Below are positions 1 through 10,100 of a stretch of 64,000 bases of DNA, one piece after another. Numbering within the stretch: position 1 is the stretch's first letter; each line of letters opens with the position of its first letter. Source of the DNA: Candidatus Eiseniibacteriota bacterium (GTDB lineage Bacteria; Eisenbacteria; RBG-16-71-46). A model generated the notes under the pieces. That model worked only from the letters and a program-made list of their open reading frames with translations, was not told the DNA's origin and searched no databases. The translations under genes were made by a program, and so were the position numbers. The stretch is taken from assembly GCA_963717505.1 (NCBI GenBank), contig OY970342.1:736001-800000 (forward strand). Reading direction: 5' to 3'.

Positions 1-443
1 ACTTCGTCGTCGAACCAGGAGTCGTGCCGGAACTCCATCGCCAGGCGTACCGAAGCCGGAACCTGGGCCAGGAAGGCTCCGAGCTTGGCCACGTCCTTCT
101 TGAAGTTGGGAGGTAGTTGGAACAACAAGGGACCCAGCCGATCCCCGAGCGTCAACGCCGAATTGAGGAAGAAGATGAGCGACTCCGCGATGTCGCCCAA
201 CCTGCGGTCGTGCGTGATCCGCTTGGGCGCCTTGAGGACGAACTGGAAGTGGGTGGGAACCTGTGCGGCCCAGCCTGCGATCACGGCGGCCGTCGGCATG
301 CGGTAGAACGTGTTGTTGATCTCGACGGTGTCGAAGCGGGCCGCGTAGTAGCCCAGCATTTCGGCCGGCTTCATCTTCTCGGGATAGAACGTCCCCTTCC
401 ATGCGGGGTACGAATAGCCACTGGTGCCCACCCTCAGCTTCAT
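1..443 (-). CDS. DUF72 (YecE-like) domain protein, runs off the left edge
   Basis: Not in the ORF track. Manual translation from ATG at 443 gives MKLRVGTSGYSYPAWKGTFYPEKMKPAEMLGYYAARFDTVEINNTFYRMP, the typical DUF72 N-terminus (GTSG, VEINxTFY). Confidence 0.9.
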   Translation of the reverse strand, partial: MKLRVGTSGYSYPAWKGTFYPEKMKPAEMLGYYAARFDTVEINNTFYRMPTAAVIAGWAAQVPTHFQFVLKAPKRITHDRRLGDIAESLIFFLNSALTLGDRLGPLLFQLPPNFKKDVAKLGAFLAQVPASVRLAMEFRHDSWFDDE

Positions 444-489
444 CGGCTGCACCAGACTTCGCCTTCAGCCACAACGCGCTCCCCCAGGG

Positions 490-1207
490 TCACGACAATC
501 GCCCCACCCACGACGCGATCGTCTCGGCCAGTTCGTCGAGCACCTCGGGGTCGGTGCGTCCCGAGCGCTTGAGAACGTGGAAGGAGTGATCGCCACCGTC
601 GACGACGTGCAGTGTCGCGCGTGGACCGAGTCGCTCGCAAACTCCGCGCATCAGGTCGAGATCCGCGAGCGTATCGCGGGTGCCCTGCAGGAACAGCGTC
701 GGGACCGGCACGCGCATCAGGTGATCGGCGCGCGCCGTGTTCGGCGCCTGACCCATACCGTGCAGCGGAAACCCGACGAGCACGATCCCGCGCACGCCAT
801 CGATCGGCGTCTCGGCCGCCGCCAGCGTCGTCATGCGGCCGCCCATCGACTTGCCGCCGGCGATCAACAAGGTGCCCGGAGCCAGACGGCGGGCCGCTTC
901 GGCGGCCGCGCGCACCGTGGCGAGCAGGACCGGCTGCGGATCGGGGCGGCGCGAACCGTTCTCCATGTAGAGGAACTGATAGCGGAGCGTCCCGATGCTG
1001 TGCTTCGCCAGGCATTCCGACAGGGCGCCCATGAATGGATGGCGCATCCCGGCTCCCGCGCCGTGAGCGAAGACGAATAGCGCGCGCGGCGAATCGGGCA
1101 TCGACAACAGGGCCGACACCTGGGCGTCGGCCCGGGACCGGCACCTGGATCTCGCGCGCCGAAGAGGGCGGGCTGGCCGCGACGGCCCGTGCTTTCGCCT
1201 TCGGCAC
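490..1207 (-). CDS. Alpha/beta hydrolase (KANL3/Tex30 or dienelactone-hydrolase-like), probable frameshift near 1133
   Basis: ORF 490..1119 has [16 protein letters not shown] nucleophile elbow, QGTRD and GGDHSF. The N-terminus (GTG 1207, ...EIQVPVP) joins ADAQVSALL through an indel in a CCCGGG run. Confidence 0.85.
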
Positions 1208-1213
1208 TTGGCG

Positions 1214-4192
1214 CTAGTCCGTGAGCGTGAGATCGATCCGGACTTTTCCGTTCTCGACCTTGCCCGGCTCGGGGTCCATCAGATAGATGCGGGCGTCGTC
1301 GACGCCCTGGGTCACCAACTGATCCTTGATCGTGAGGCCGCGCGCGTTGGCCAGCGACAGGAGATCGGCTTCGTCCACCGGCTGGAGCGCGGTCAGCGTG
1401 TCCTGGATCGCCGTATAGAGCCGCGGACTGTCGATCACCAGCTTCTTCGAGCCTTCCTTGAACTGAGGATGCTTGGGGTCGAGCTCGCCGGCCGGCATCT
1501 CGAACTTCTTCTTGAACTCGGCGAGCCCCTGCTTTTCGAAGCGCTCGGCGTAAAGGTCTTCGAGCAGGCGTGGAGAGTAGCCGACGCCCCCGCCGTACTT
1601 CTTGGGATCGGAGGCCAGCTTCTCCCCGGCCAGCGCCTCGAACTTCGCGTGCCGGATCGCGACTGCGTCCGCCTCGGCGTCCGAGCGTCCGCGCACTTCG
1701 AGGCTGAGCTGCGGGCGCTTGCCGAGGGCTTCCGCCAGCTTGGTCATCGACTCCTTCTGGTCTTCCGGCATCGCGCTGGCGCCGACCGGGAAGTCCACAT
1801 GACTCAGCTCGTCGGCGTCGCCCCCGCCGAACAGGCTGCCGAGCAGCGCGAACGGCGCGGTCGCGACCTTCTTGAGGAGACTCATGATGAAGTCCCAGAT
1901 CACCTTCCAGATGCCGAACTTGGGATCATCGAGGTCGCCCTCGACCGGCATGTCCAGGTTGATCTGACCGTTGCCATCTTTGAGGATTGCGAGCGCGAGT
2001 CCTACCGGCAGCTTGGTGGCCTCGGGACTCTCGACCTTCTCGCCCAGCTCGAATTGGTCGAGCAGGATCTTGTTCTCGCCGACCAGGTGCCGGCCCTCGA
2101 GCCGGTAGTTGAGATCGAGCGTCATCTTGCCCTTGTCGACTTCGCGGCCGAGGAACTGGCCGGTGTAGGGCGTCAGCACCGGCATGTTGAAACCGCTGAA
2201 GTCGACATCGAGATCGACGAACGTCCGCTCCGCGAGCGGATTGATCTCTCCGCGCACGCTGGCAGTACCGCTCGGCTGCATCTTGCCGTCGAGGACCACA
2301 CTGGCGCGCGACGCCGAGTCCGACGACAGCCCCTTCGCCGACCCCGCGATCTGCTCGATCCGGGCCGCGAAGGGCAGGATGAGCGAGAAATCGGCAAAGT
2401 CAGCCGAACCCTCGACGACGTCGATCGTGCCGATGCGGACCGGGATCGCCGAGGACTCGGTTGCGCTCTTGCGCATGGCGGCCAGCGCCTCGGACGGCTT
2501 CTGCGCGGCGACCACCGTGTCGGCCTGCAGCCCGAAGATCTCCTGGATGTTGGTGGTGCGATCCTTGTGGATCAGGATCTTGGCGTAGGGCTGGCTAAGT
2601 CGAACGCCGCCGACTCGAACGCGAGTCGGCGCGTAGTCGATCCCGCTCGCCGTCACCGACTTCCACGCCAGGAACCGGTCGTCGACGATGCGATCGCGCG
2701 CCAGGAACCCGCGGGATTCGACGACACCCTGGTAGCGCAGGTCCGGCTGATCCTTGCGCGCACCCTCCCGGAACTGGACTTTGCCTTTGGCGCCCAGCGT
2801 GCCGCTGACCAGTTGCAGCTTGGCAACCGGGTTCACGTAAGGCTGGAAGATCTTGAGCGGCAGATCCGACAGCATGACCTGGAGGTCGGCTGACGGCGGT
2901 TGCGCCACGGCTTTCCCCGTGGCTTCGAACTTCCCGGTTCCGGCGATGGTCACGTCGGTGGCCAGGTCGATGGAGGCACCCGGCTCGGAGCTGAGGTTGC
3001 GAAGCGTGGCGTTGGCCGGCGCCACCATGACCGCGAACGGCGGCGACACCGTACGATCCTCGAACGCGACTCCGAGATCGCGAACCGAGAATTCCTTCAG
3101 CTCGACCGTCCACGGCGCCACCGGCGCCACGCTGTCCGGGGGCGCGGCGGGCGCCGTTCCACTCGCAGGCGCCGCGGCCGACGCGGGCTTGGTCATCAGC
3201 GCCTGCCAATTGAGCGTCGTATCGGGCTCGAGCCAGGCGACCACGCGCGTTCCCGCCAGCAGCACGCGTTCGATGTTCACCGTCTGCTCCGGGTAGCGGA
3301 CCTGAATTCCGGTGACCCGCAGCGAATCGATGTGCAGAAGATCCGGCTCCTTCCCCGGGGCGCGCATCGTGAAACCGGTGAGGCTGAATCGGGCGTCGTT
3401 GATCCGCGACACGATGCTGTCCCCGCGCACGTCGGTTGCGTAGTCGATCCTGCAATCGGTGATGCCGTCCGTGACCTCGAAACCAAAGCGGCGCTTCGCG
3501 ATCTCCCAGAACTTCCGCAGCCCCGAATCGCTGACCTCGAGCACACCGGCCGAGTGCAAGGGATCGAAGGTCAGGTCCCCGTTCCACTGCCAGCGGCCGC
3601 CGCTGGGATCGGTGGCGACGATGCCGTAGCGACCTTCCTTGTCCGGGATCGTGGTGAAGTTCCTGAGCATGAGATCGATCGGCTCGAGCGTGCCGTCCTC
3701 GGGCTCGGCCGGCATCAGGTTGGTGACGCGCACGGACCCACGCGCGATCTCGAATTTGCCAAGGATCAGGCGCGGTGGCTTCGAGGGCGGCTGGCTGGCC
3801 GCGTAGTCGATCATGTCCGCAAAGTTGGGCCGGCCATCGGGCATCAGCCGAATGTGGGTCCTCGGACCCTCCAGCCGGAATTCCCGGAACGTCAGCGCCC
3901 AGCGCACCAGGCTCGAGAGTTGAAAGTCCGCGTGCATGCGATCGAACGCAACGAACGACGTGCCGTCGGCGTCCTCGAGGTCGAAACCCTCGAGCGTGAG
4001 CGACAGGAACAGCGGGTTGACGCGAACGCGGTCGAGCCGGACCTCGCGCTTGAGGGTCTCGCGAACCCCCTTGATGATCTGGCCGCGCACGATCCCGGGG
4101 AGCGCCAGGAATCCGAACAGCGAATAGACGACCAAGACCGCGAGCGGAATCCACACGCGCTTGCGGCGCAGCTGTTCGAGAACCGGGTTCAC
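1214..4192 (-). CDS. DUF748 / AsmA-like membrane-anchored protein (~992 aa)
   Basis: Likely start is GTG at 4192, 5 bp after the upstream stop. N-terminal TM helix (WIPLAVLVVYSLFGFLALP), repeated beta-rich segments, C-terminal LPVGLALAILKD..GQINLDMPVEGDLDDPKF plus OmpA-like tail (LANARG). Confidence 0.85.
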   Translation of the reverse strand: MNPVLEQLRRKRVWIPLAVLVVYSLFGFLALPGIVRGQIIKGVRETLKREVRLDRVRVNPLFLSLTLEGFDLEDADGTSFVAFDRMHADFQLSSLVRWALTFREFRLEGPRTHIRLMPDGRPNFADMIDYAASQPPSKPPRLILGKFEIARGSVRVTNLMPAEPEDGTLEPIDLMLRNFTTIPDKEGRYGIVATDPSGGRWQWNGDLTFDPLHSAGVLEVSDSGLRKFWEIAKRRFGFEVTDGITDCRIDYATDVRGDSIVSRINDARFSLTGFTMRAPGKEPDLLHIDSLRVTGIQVRYPEQTVNIERVLLAGTRVVAWLEPDTTLNWQALMTKPASAAAPASGTAPAAPPDSVAPVAPWTVELKEFSVRDLGVAFEDRTVSPPFAVMVAPANATLRNLSSEPGASIDLATDVTIAGTGKFEATGKAVAQPPSADLQVMLSDLPLKIFQPYVNPVAKLQLVSGTLGAKGKVQFREGARKDQPDLRYQGVVESRGFLARDRIVDDRFLAWKSVTASGIDYAPTRVRVGGVRLSQPYAKILIHKDRTTNIQEIFGLQADTVVAAQKPSEALAAMRKSATESSAIPVRIGTIDVVEGSADFADFSLILPFAARIEQIAGSAKGLSSDSASRASVVLDGKMQPSGTASVRGEINPLAERTFVDLDVDFSGFNMPVLTPYTGQFLGREVDKGKMTLDLNYRLEGRHLVGENKILLDQFELGEKVESPEATKLPVGLALAILKDGNGQINLDMPVEGDLDDPKFGIWKVIWDFIMSLLKKVATAPFALLGSLFGGGDADELSHVDFPVGASAMPEDQKESMTKLAEALGKRPQLSLEVRGRSDAEADAVAIRHAKFEALAGEKLASDPKKYGGGVGYSPRLLEDLYAERFEKQGLAEFKKKFEMPAGELDPKHPQFKEGSKKLVIDSPRLYTAIQDTLTALQPVDEADLLSLANARGLTIKDQLVTQGVDDARIYLMDPEPGKVENGKVRIDLTLTD

Positions 4193-4197
4193 GACTC

Positions 4198-7100
4198 TTA
4201 CTCCGCGACGATCTGAACCAATGCCGGCGGGGAGATCCCTTGTTGTTGGGCCGCCTTCGCCACCTTGACCGGGACGATTTTGGCGAATGCCTCGTGAAAG
4301 CGCCAGCGCTTCCACTCGCCCTCGAGCCGGACGGTCACATGCTCGCCCTCGATCCGAATCGGGAGCCCGCGGCGGAGGGCCTCGGCGGCGACGAACGGGC
4401 CCAGGTCCCGCGTCCACTCCTCGGGGGTGATCGCCGACAGGACATTGCCCGCGTATTGCGCGGGATCGAGCCGAACCAGGGGATCGAACACGAACACGCG
4501 GCCGGCCGCCGCCCCGGACATGAAGAACTTTCCGGAATAGGGCCGCGGCTTGAGCGAAAGCTCGCCGCGGCCGTCGGGCTTGCGCAGGCCCATGACCACG
4601 TGCAGCGAGTTGTCGCCGCCCGCCATCAGGTACTCGAACGCGTACTCGTTGGGCGTGCCGAAGTGGATCGACTTGAAGCCGGGCGCCGGCGTGCGCCCGT
4701 CCTCGAGCAGGACCTTGTTCTGCCCGGCCACTGCGAACCGCGAGCCCGAATCCCAGACGTTGATCGTTCCGCCGTGCGCGGCGTACATGCAGGTGTTGAG
4801 CGAGTCCTGGAGCACGAACAGGTAGCCGGAATCGGCCTTGAAGCCGAGATGGCTCTGACCCTGGCCGAACACATAGACGCGCGCGCCTTCGAGCAGGGCG
4901 CCGATGAAGTCGCCGAATTCGCGGCCGTACAGTTCGAGCGTGACCCCGCGCGCGGCCGTGCCGTCGGGCTGTGCCAGGTTGGTGCCGACGTAGCGCGGAC
5001 CGCCGATGAATCCGTACCCGACGATATTGCGCCACCCCAGTCGCACGGCCTCCGACGTGATGCGCGACGCCGAGTCGAGCCAGAACGACTCGCTGCGAAA
5101 GCCGGCATAGTCGACGACCAGGACATCGCGCAGCGGATCGCGGGGCGCGGCCAGGTCGTCTCGGGTTTCGAGCGTGAGCCGCGCCCACCGGCCGGTCGGC
5201 GACGGCGCCGCCAACGCTTCGTGAATCGGCGCGACCTGATCGAGCAGCCGCACGACGCCGCCTTCAGGCGAGCGGTCGCCGGCACGACCGCCGTCGGTCA
5301 GGTACTCCATGCTCGACAGCGACTTGCCACCGAGGTCGGTGAGCGCGAGCCGCGTGCGGAGTGTGGCGAGCACGCGCAGGACCAACGCCGTGCTCGTGTC
5401 GGAACCTTGCGCCCACTCCGGCAGCGCGTGCTCGACCAGATAGCGGTAGTCCTCGAAATTCAGCGTGCGCTGGCGATCGAGGGTACCGATCACCAGATCG
5501 CGCGCAGCACCGGTCAGCTCCTGATCGGGCCCCCAGGGCCGCGACGCCGGTGCCGCACCCGATTCGACCGCACGCACCTCGGCGGTCATACCCTCGAGCC
5601 AGCGCAGGACCAGGCTCTTCCACTCCGCCGACGCGCGGCCGACCGCCTGCTCGAGCACCACTTCGAAATCCACCTTGGCGCCGCCGCGCTCGACCTCGAT
5701 CGGCTCCCCGAACCGGTTGGTCAGGTCCATGCCCTGGGATCCCGGAGCCGTGAACGCCTCGAACACGCCGCCGAAGTCGCGTCGCTTGGGCGTGCCGCCG
5801 GGACGCATGTTGAAGCGCAGGTCGTGGCCACCGTCGTGGAGCACACCCTGGGCGTGCAGCGTGCGCAGCATGGCGTCGGCGATCTTGGCTTCGCTGCCGT
5901 TGGCCACGGCGTGGACTCCGCCCGGCGTGGTGTCGCGACTGACCACGATCTCGTGCGGGCGCAGGAACTTGATGTCCATGTTCTCGCGGAAGCCGACGAC
6001 CCGGAGCGGCCCGGACGCGGTCCAGCGCCGGCGCGACTCGACGATCGTGAACTTGTACGGGCCGGTCGGCGTCAGCTGGACGTAGTTGGTCATCAGCAGC
6101 GTGAACTTGCGCCGTCGTTCATCGTCCATGTTGGCCAGATCGAAGCCGGTGATCGGCGAAATGATCTGGCTCGCCTCTTCGGTCGACAGACCCAGCACGC
6201 GCCGCGTGAAGTCCACGAGATAGGCGGCGTACTCGGTGTCGGTCAGCGCCTTGCGCTCGTACACCGAGTCGCCGTGGTAGTCGGCGTGGCCCTCGCCCAT
6301 CGTCGGGTCGGCGTGGACGTAGCCGAACTCCATGAGGAACGGGGCGGTCGAGTCGACGGCCACCTGCTCGCCGTTGTGCATGAGCAGGACGTTGTACGCC
6401 TTGAACGGATGGGCGCCCGCGGGATTCCCGCGGCCTTCGGCGTCGATCGCCGGCGAGTTGGTCGGATAGCGGTGGTGCATACCCCAGACGTGCGCGTGGA
6501 GCGCCGGCGTGCGGGACGTTCGCCCTTTGAGCGTGACCGGCAGGCCGCCGGGCGCACCCGGGTATGCGATCCAGAAGCGGTCGAAGTCGAAGTACTCGGG
6601 AATCGTGTGCGTCCAGCCCGAGATCTTGATCGCGCCGAGATCCTCGCCCATCGAGACCACGAAGCCCCGGCGTTTGGCGGCGTACTTGCCCGCCGGTGGA
6701 TGCGATCCCGCCGGCGCGTGGGTCCGGTAGTAGCGCGAGTCCAGCAGGTGCGCGAGTGCGGTGAAGTACTCCTCGCGCACGTCAGCGACGAACCGATCCA
6801 GGCGCTCGAGATTGGCGTCCCCGGGGGGCGCCGGCCGGTCCGGATGGTCGAGCGCATGGGCGAGCGCGAAGTCGGAGAGATCCCCGTAGAGCGTCCGACG
6901 CTGGAGCCAGTGCTCGCTCGCGATCAATTGCCGGCCGTAACGCTGGAGCACCTCGAGCCGAAGCTCGACGAACAGTAGATGGAAGTCGCCCGGGTTCTCG
7001 CGCAGCTCGGCCAGACGCCAGCCGTCGTCCTTCTGGTACTGCGGCCGCACCGGCACCTTGAATTCCGGCAGACGCGCCAGGACCTGATCGAGCGGCAGCT

Positions 7101-10100
7101 CGGCGCCTGCGGCGTCGAAGAACCGGCAACCGGCGAAATGCCCGACCATCTGGCGGATGGTGTCCGCGCGATCGGGTCCGATGGTGTTGACGATCACGCA
7201 GGTCTTCTCGCGCACCGGTTCCGGCGCGAAGCCTGCGAAATCGATGCCGCCGCCGCGGTTGTTGCCGCCATTGAAGCTGAGCCGCGCCGACTCCCAGATC
7301 GCGTGCACGGTCACCGGCTCGGACACCGCCAGCGACCCGACGCGGCACGAATCCCGCTCGACCGTGACCGGGTCCACGGCCGGAGCCGGGCGCGACATCC
7401 GGGCCGGCACGCCGTCGGCGGCCGCGGCGTCGAGCGCACGCAGCGAACCTGCCGGTCCCGCGTGCTTCGGCATCACCAGCAGGTCGGTGCGGCCGCGCAG
7501 TTTGCGAATGTCGTCCAGCAGGCGGTCGGCGTGAACCACCCGGCCCTGCGCGTCGAGCGCGCCGCTCTCACGATTGAACGCGTCGAGCAGCACCGCCAGC
7601 TTGACCAGGTTCATCACCGTCCAATTGCGGAACCGCCGGCGCATCAGATCGCGGTCGTTCTGGATCGTCAGCTCGGGCTTGGTCGTGATGCCGCCGCGCG
7701 GGCAGTCGAGGTGACAATTGCCGCACTGATTGCAGCCGAAGGCCACGGCCTTGCCGATGCTGGCTTCGACCAGCGCGTCGGCGCCGGCGATCAGCACCTT
7801 GATCATGTCCAGCTCGCCGCGCAGCCCGCCCGACGCCAGGAGCCGCGTGCCACCGCCCGCGCCGAACGGAACGCCATTCAGGTCGCGGATCGACTTCAGC
7901 TCGCCGCTGCCGGCCAGGTCGACCTTCTCGCCGACCAGGGCATGATGCGTGTGCAGGATGGTGCGGAAGATGTCGGGCCACCCGACGTGTGAGCTGTCGG
8001 CGTGGTAGTTGCCGGAACCGCCGAGCCCGGAGTCGACCAGCAGGTAGTCGACCACGAAGTTGGACCACATGCCGGCGGCGACGTAGCGCGTGTAGTTGGA
8101 GCCGGTGATCTTGATGCCGCAATGGTTGTGGTAGAGCAGCCACAACCAGACTTCGGCCGGCATGTCCTCGATCGAATAGATGTCGTGCTTGGGATCGGGC
8201 GAGAGCGCGTCGGTGCCGATCGGAATGTTGCGCGCCTTGCTCACCGTGCTGGTGACTTTGGCTCCGGACAGACGCCCGCCCTTGCCCGGCTTGGCGCCCT
8301 GATTGATCTTGATCTCGACGTCGCGCACGCGGCGCAAGTCGGCGGCGTGCATGCCGAAGTGTCCGCTCGCCGCCTGCATGCTCTCCCAGGCCATCGCTTC
8401 GGGCGCGAGCCGAATCGGTCCGCCTTCGCCCGACGAGGTCATGGTCAGTCCGGTGTTGCCCTCGATGCGCGCGATCAGGAAATCCTCGGACGCCGCCCCC
8501 AGCGAAATGCTGGCGTGACACACCGGGCCGTGCCAGATGGGCTCTCGGAAGCCGAAGCCGGAGAGCACCAGGCCGCCGCGCGGCTCGCGCCGCAGCGTGA
8601 CCAACCCGTCCTTCGAGGCGCGCGCGACCGTGACCCCGTGCCCGCCGTGCCCGCGCGCCGAAAGTTCCGTCGAGCGCTCGGCGCCCTCGACATCGCGGGC
8701 GATCATCCATAGCGATTCGCCGCCGTTCAGCACGTTTTCGAGCGCATGGCCCGCCGCGATCTGGACTTCAAAACCTCCGGTGCGATCGGCGGTGAAACTC
8801 AGCAGAGCCGGACCGTCGGCGCGGCCCCGCAACTCGACCGTGGCGCCGGAGGCCACGGCTCCCGGCCGCTGGAATCCACGCGGCACCGCCATCGACACGT
8901 AATCGAGCAGCTTGGGATCGCGCGCCAGACGCGCCAGCGACCACTCGAGCGATTCGCGGGACAGCTTGATGCCGATCCCGTCGAGCGACATCGCGCCCAT
9001 GTCGCTGTCGATCAGGAAGTCGCCGGCCTCGGGCATCTGGCCGGCGGCCATGCGGTAGATGACCTCGAGGAAGTCCGCGCTCAGATTGCGATTCGTGTTC
9101 TCCAAATGGAAGTTGGCGTTGTCGTGGGCCAGGATCTTCGCGGCGGCGACCAGCGGCAGATCCGGGCGGCGCTCGCCGAGTAACGACGAGACTTTGAACC
9201 GCTCTCGCATGGCACTCGGCACCGGCTCGGCGGCGATGCGTGCCGCGTTCAACCCGGCGTTCAGGCCTCCGAACTCGGGCGTCGCCAGGGCGTCGACTTC
9301 GCGAATCCAGTCCTCGGTCATGGTGATCGCCATGGTGTTGCCGGAGGTCTTCTGGATGTCGTCGATCCCCATGCACGACAGGAAGTCGAGGATGCTGTGT
9401 TGCCAGCAAGTCAGCGTGTTAACCGCCAGCTCGCGCAGCTCGGGCAGACCGACCCCGCGCAAGGCGGTGCGCGCCACTTCGAGATTCGCGCCGTGGTGAA
9501 CCTCGATCAGCTCGGGCAGGAGCGCGATCTCGGCGACGTGGGTCATGGCCCCGCCGTTGGCGCCAAGCAGGACCGCCTCGTACACCGTGGCCGCCGAAGC
9601 CTGGGTGTCGGTATCGCCACCGGCCGATACCAGCTGGACGCGCGCCCTGAGAAACCGGGCCTTGAGGAACGCGTCGATGCGCGGGATCAGCCGATACGAC
9701 TTCTCGCGCCCCGAGTGAATGTGCAGCATGGCCACACCGTCCAGGCGCGCCGTGGTCTCGAGCGCCGGCCAGAATTCGGGATTCGCCGCGTCGTAACGCA
9801 TGAAGACCGACACCAGGAGTCCGGCATTCCGCTCGATCAGGGCGGCGACGTGGCGGGCGACGTCCTTGCTCCACGCGATCTCGACGATGCGCGACGCGGT
9901 CACCCATTCGCGCAGGGTTGCCGCCGCCTCCCCCGAGCCCGAGCTCAGTGCGTCCACGTGTCGCGGCTCGAGGCGAGGCATGACGTGCGTGGCATTCGGG
10001 CGCAGGGCTGCCGCGTGCTCCACGCAGCGGTCCGCCTCGATCACGACCAGCGAGCGTGTCTGCAGATCCGCCGCCGGGTTCGCGGCGGCGATCGCCTCGA

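Noticed and set aside
4193-5188. N-terminal extension of the 1324-aa ORF
   Set aside because: Overlaps the GXGXG domain of the upstream gene in another frame; the DUF748 protein starts at GTG 4192.
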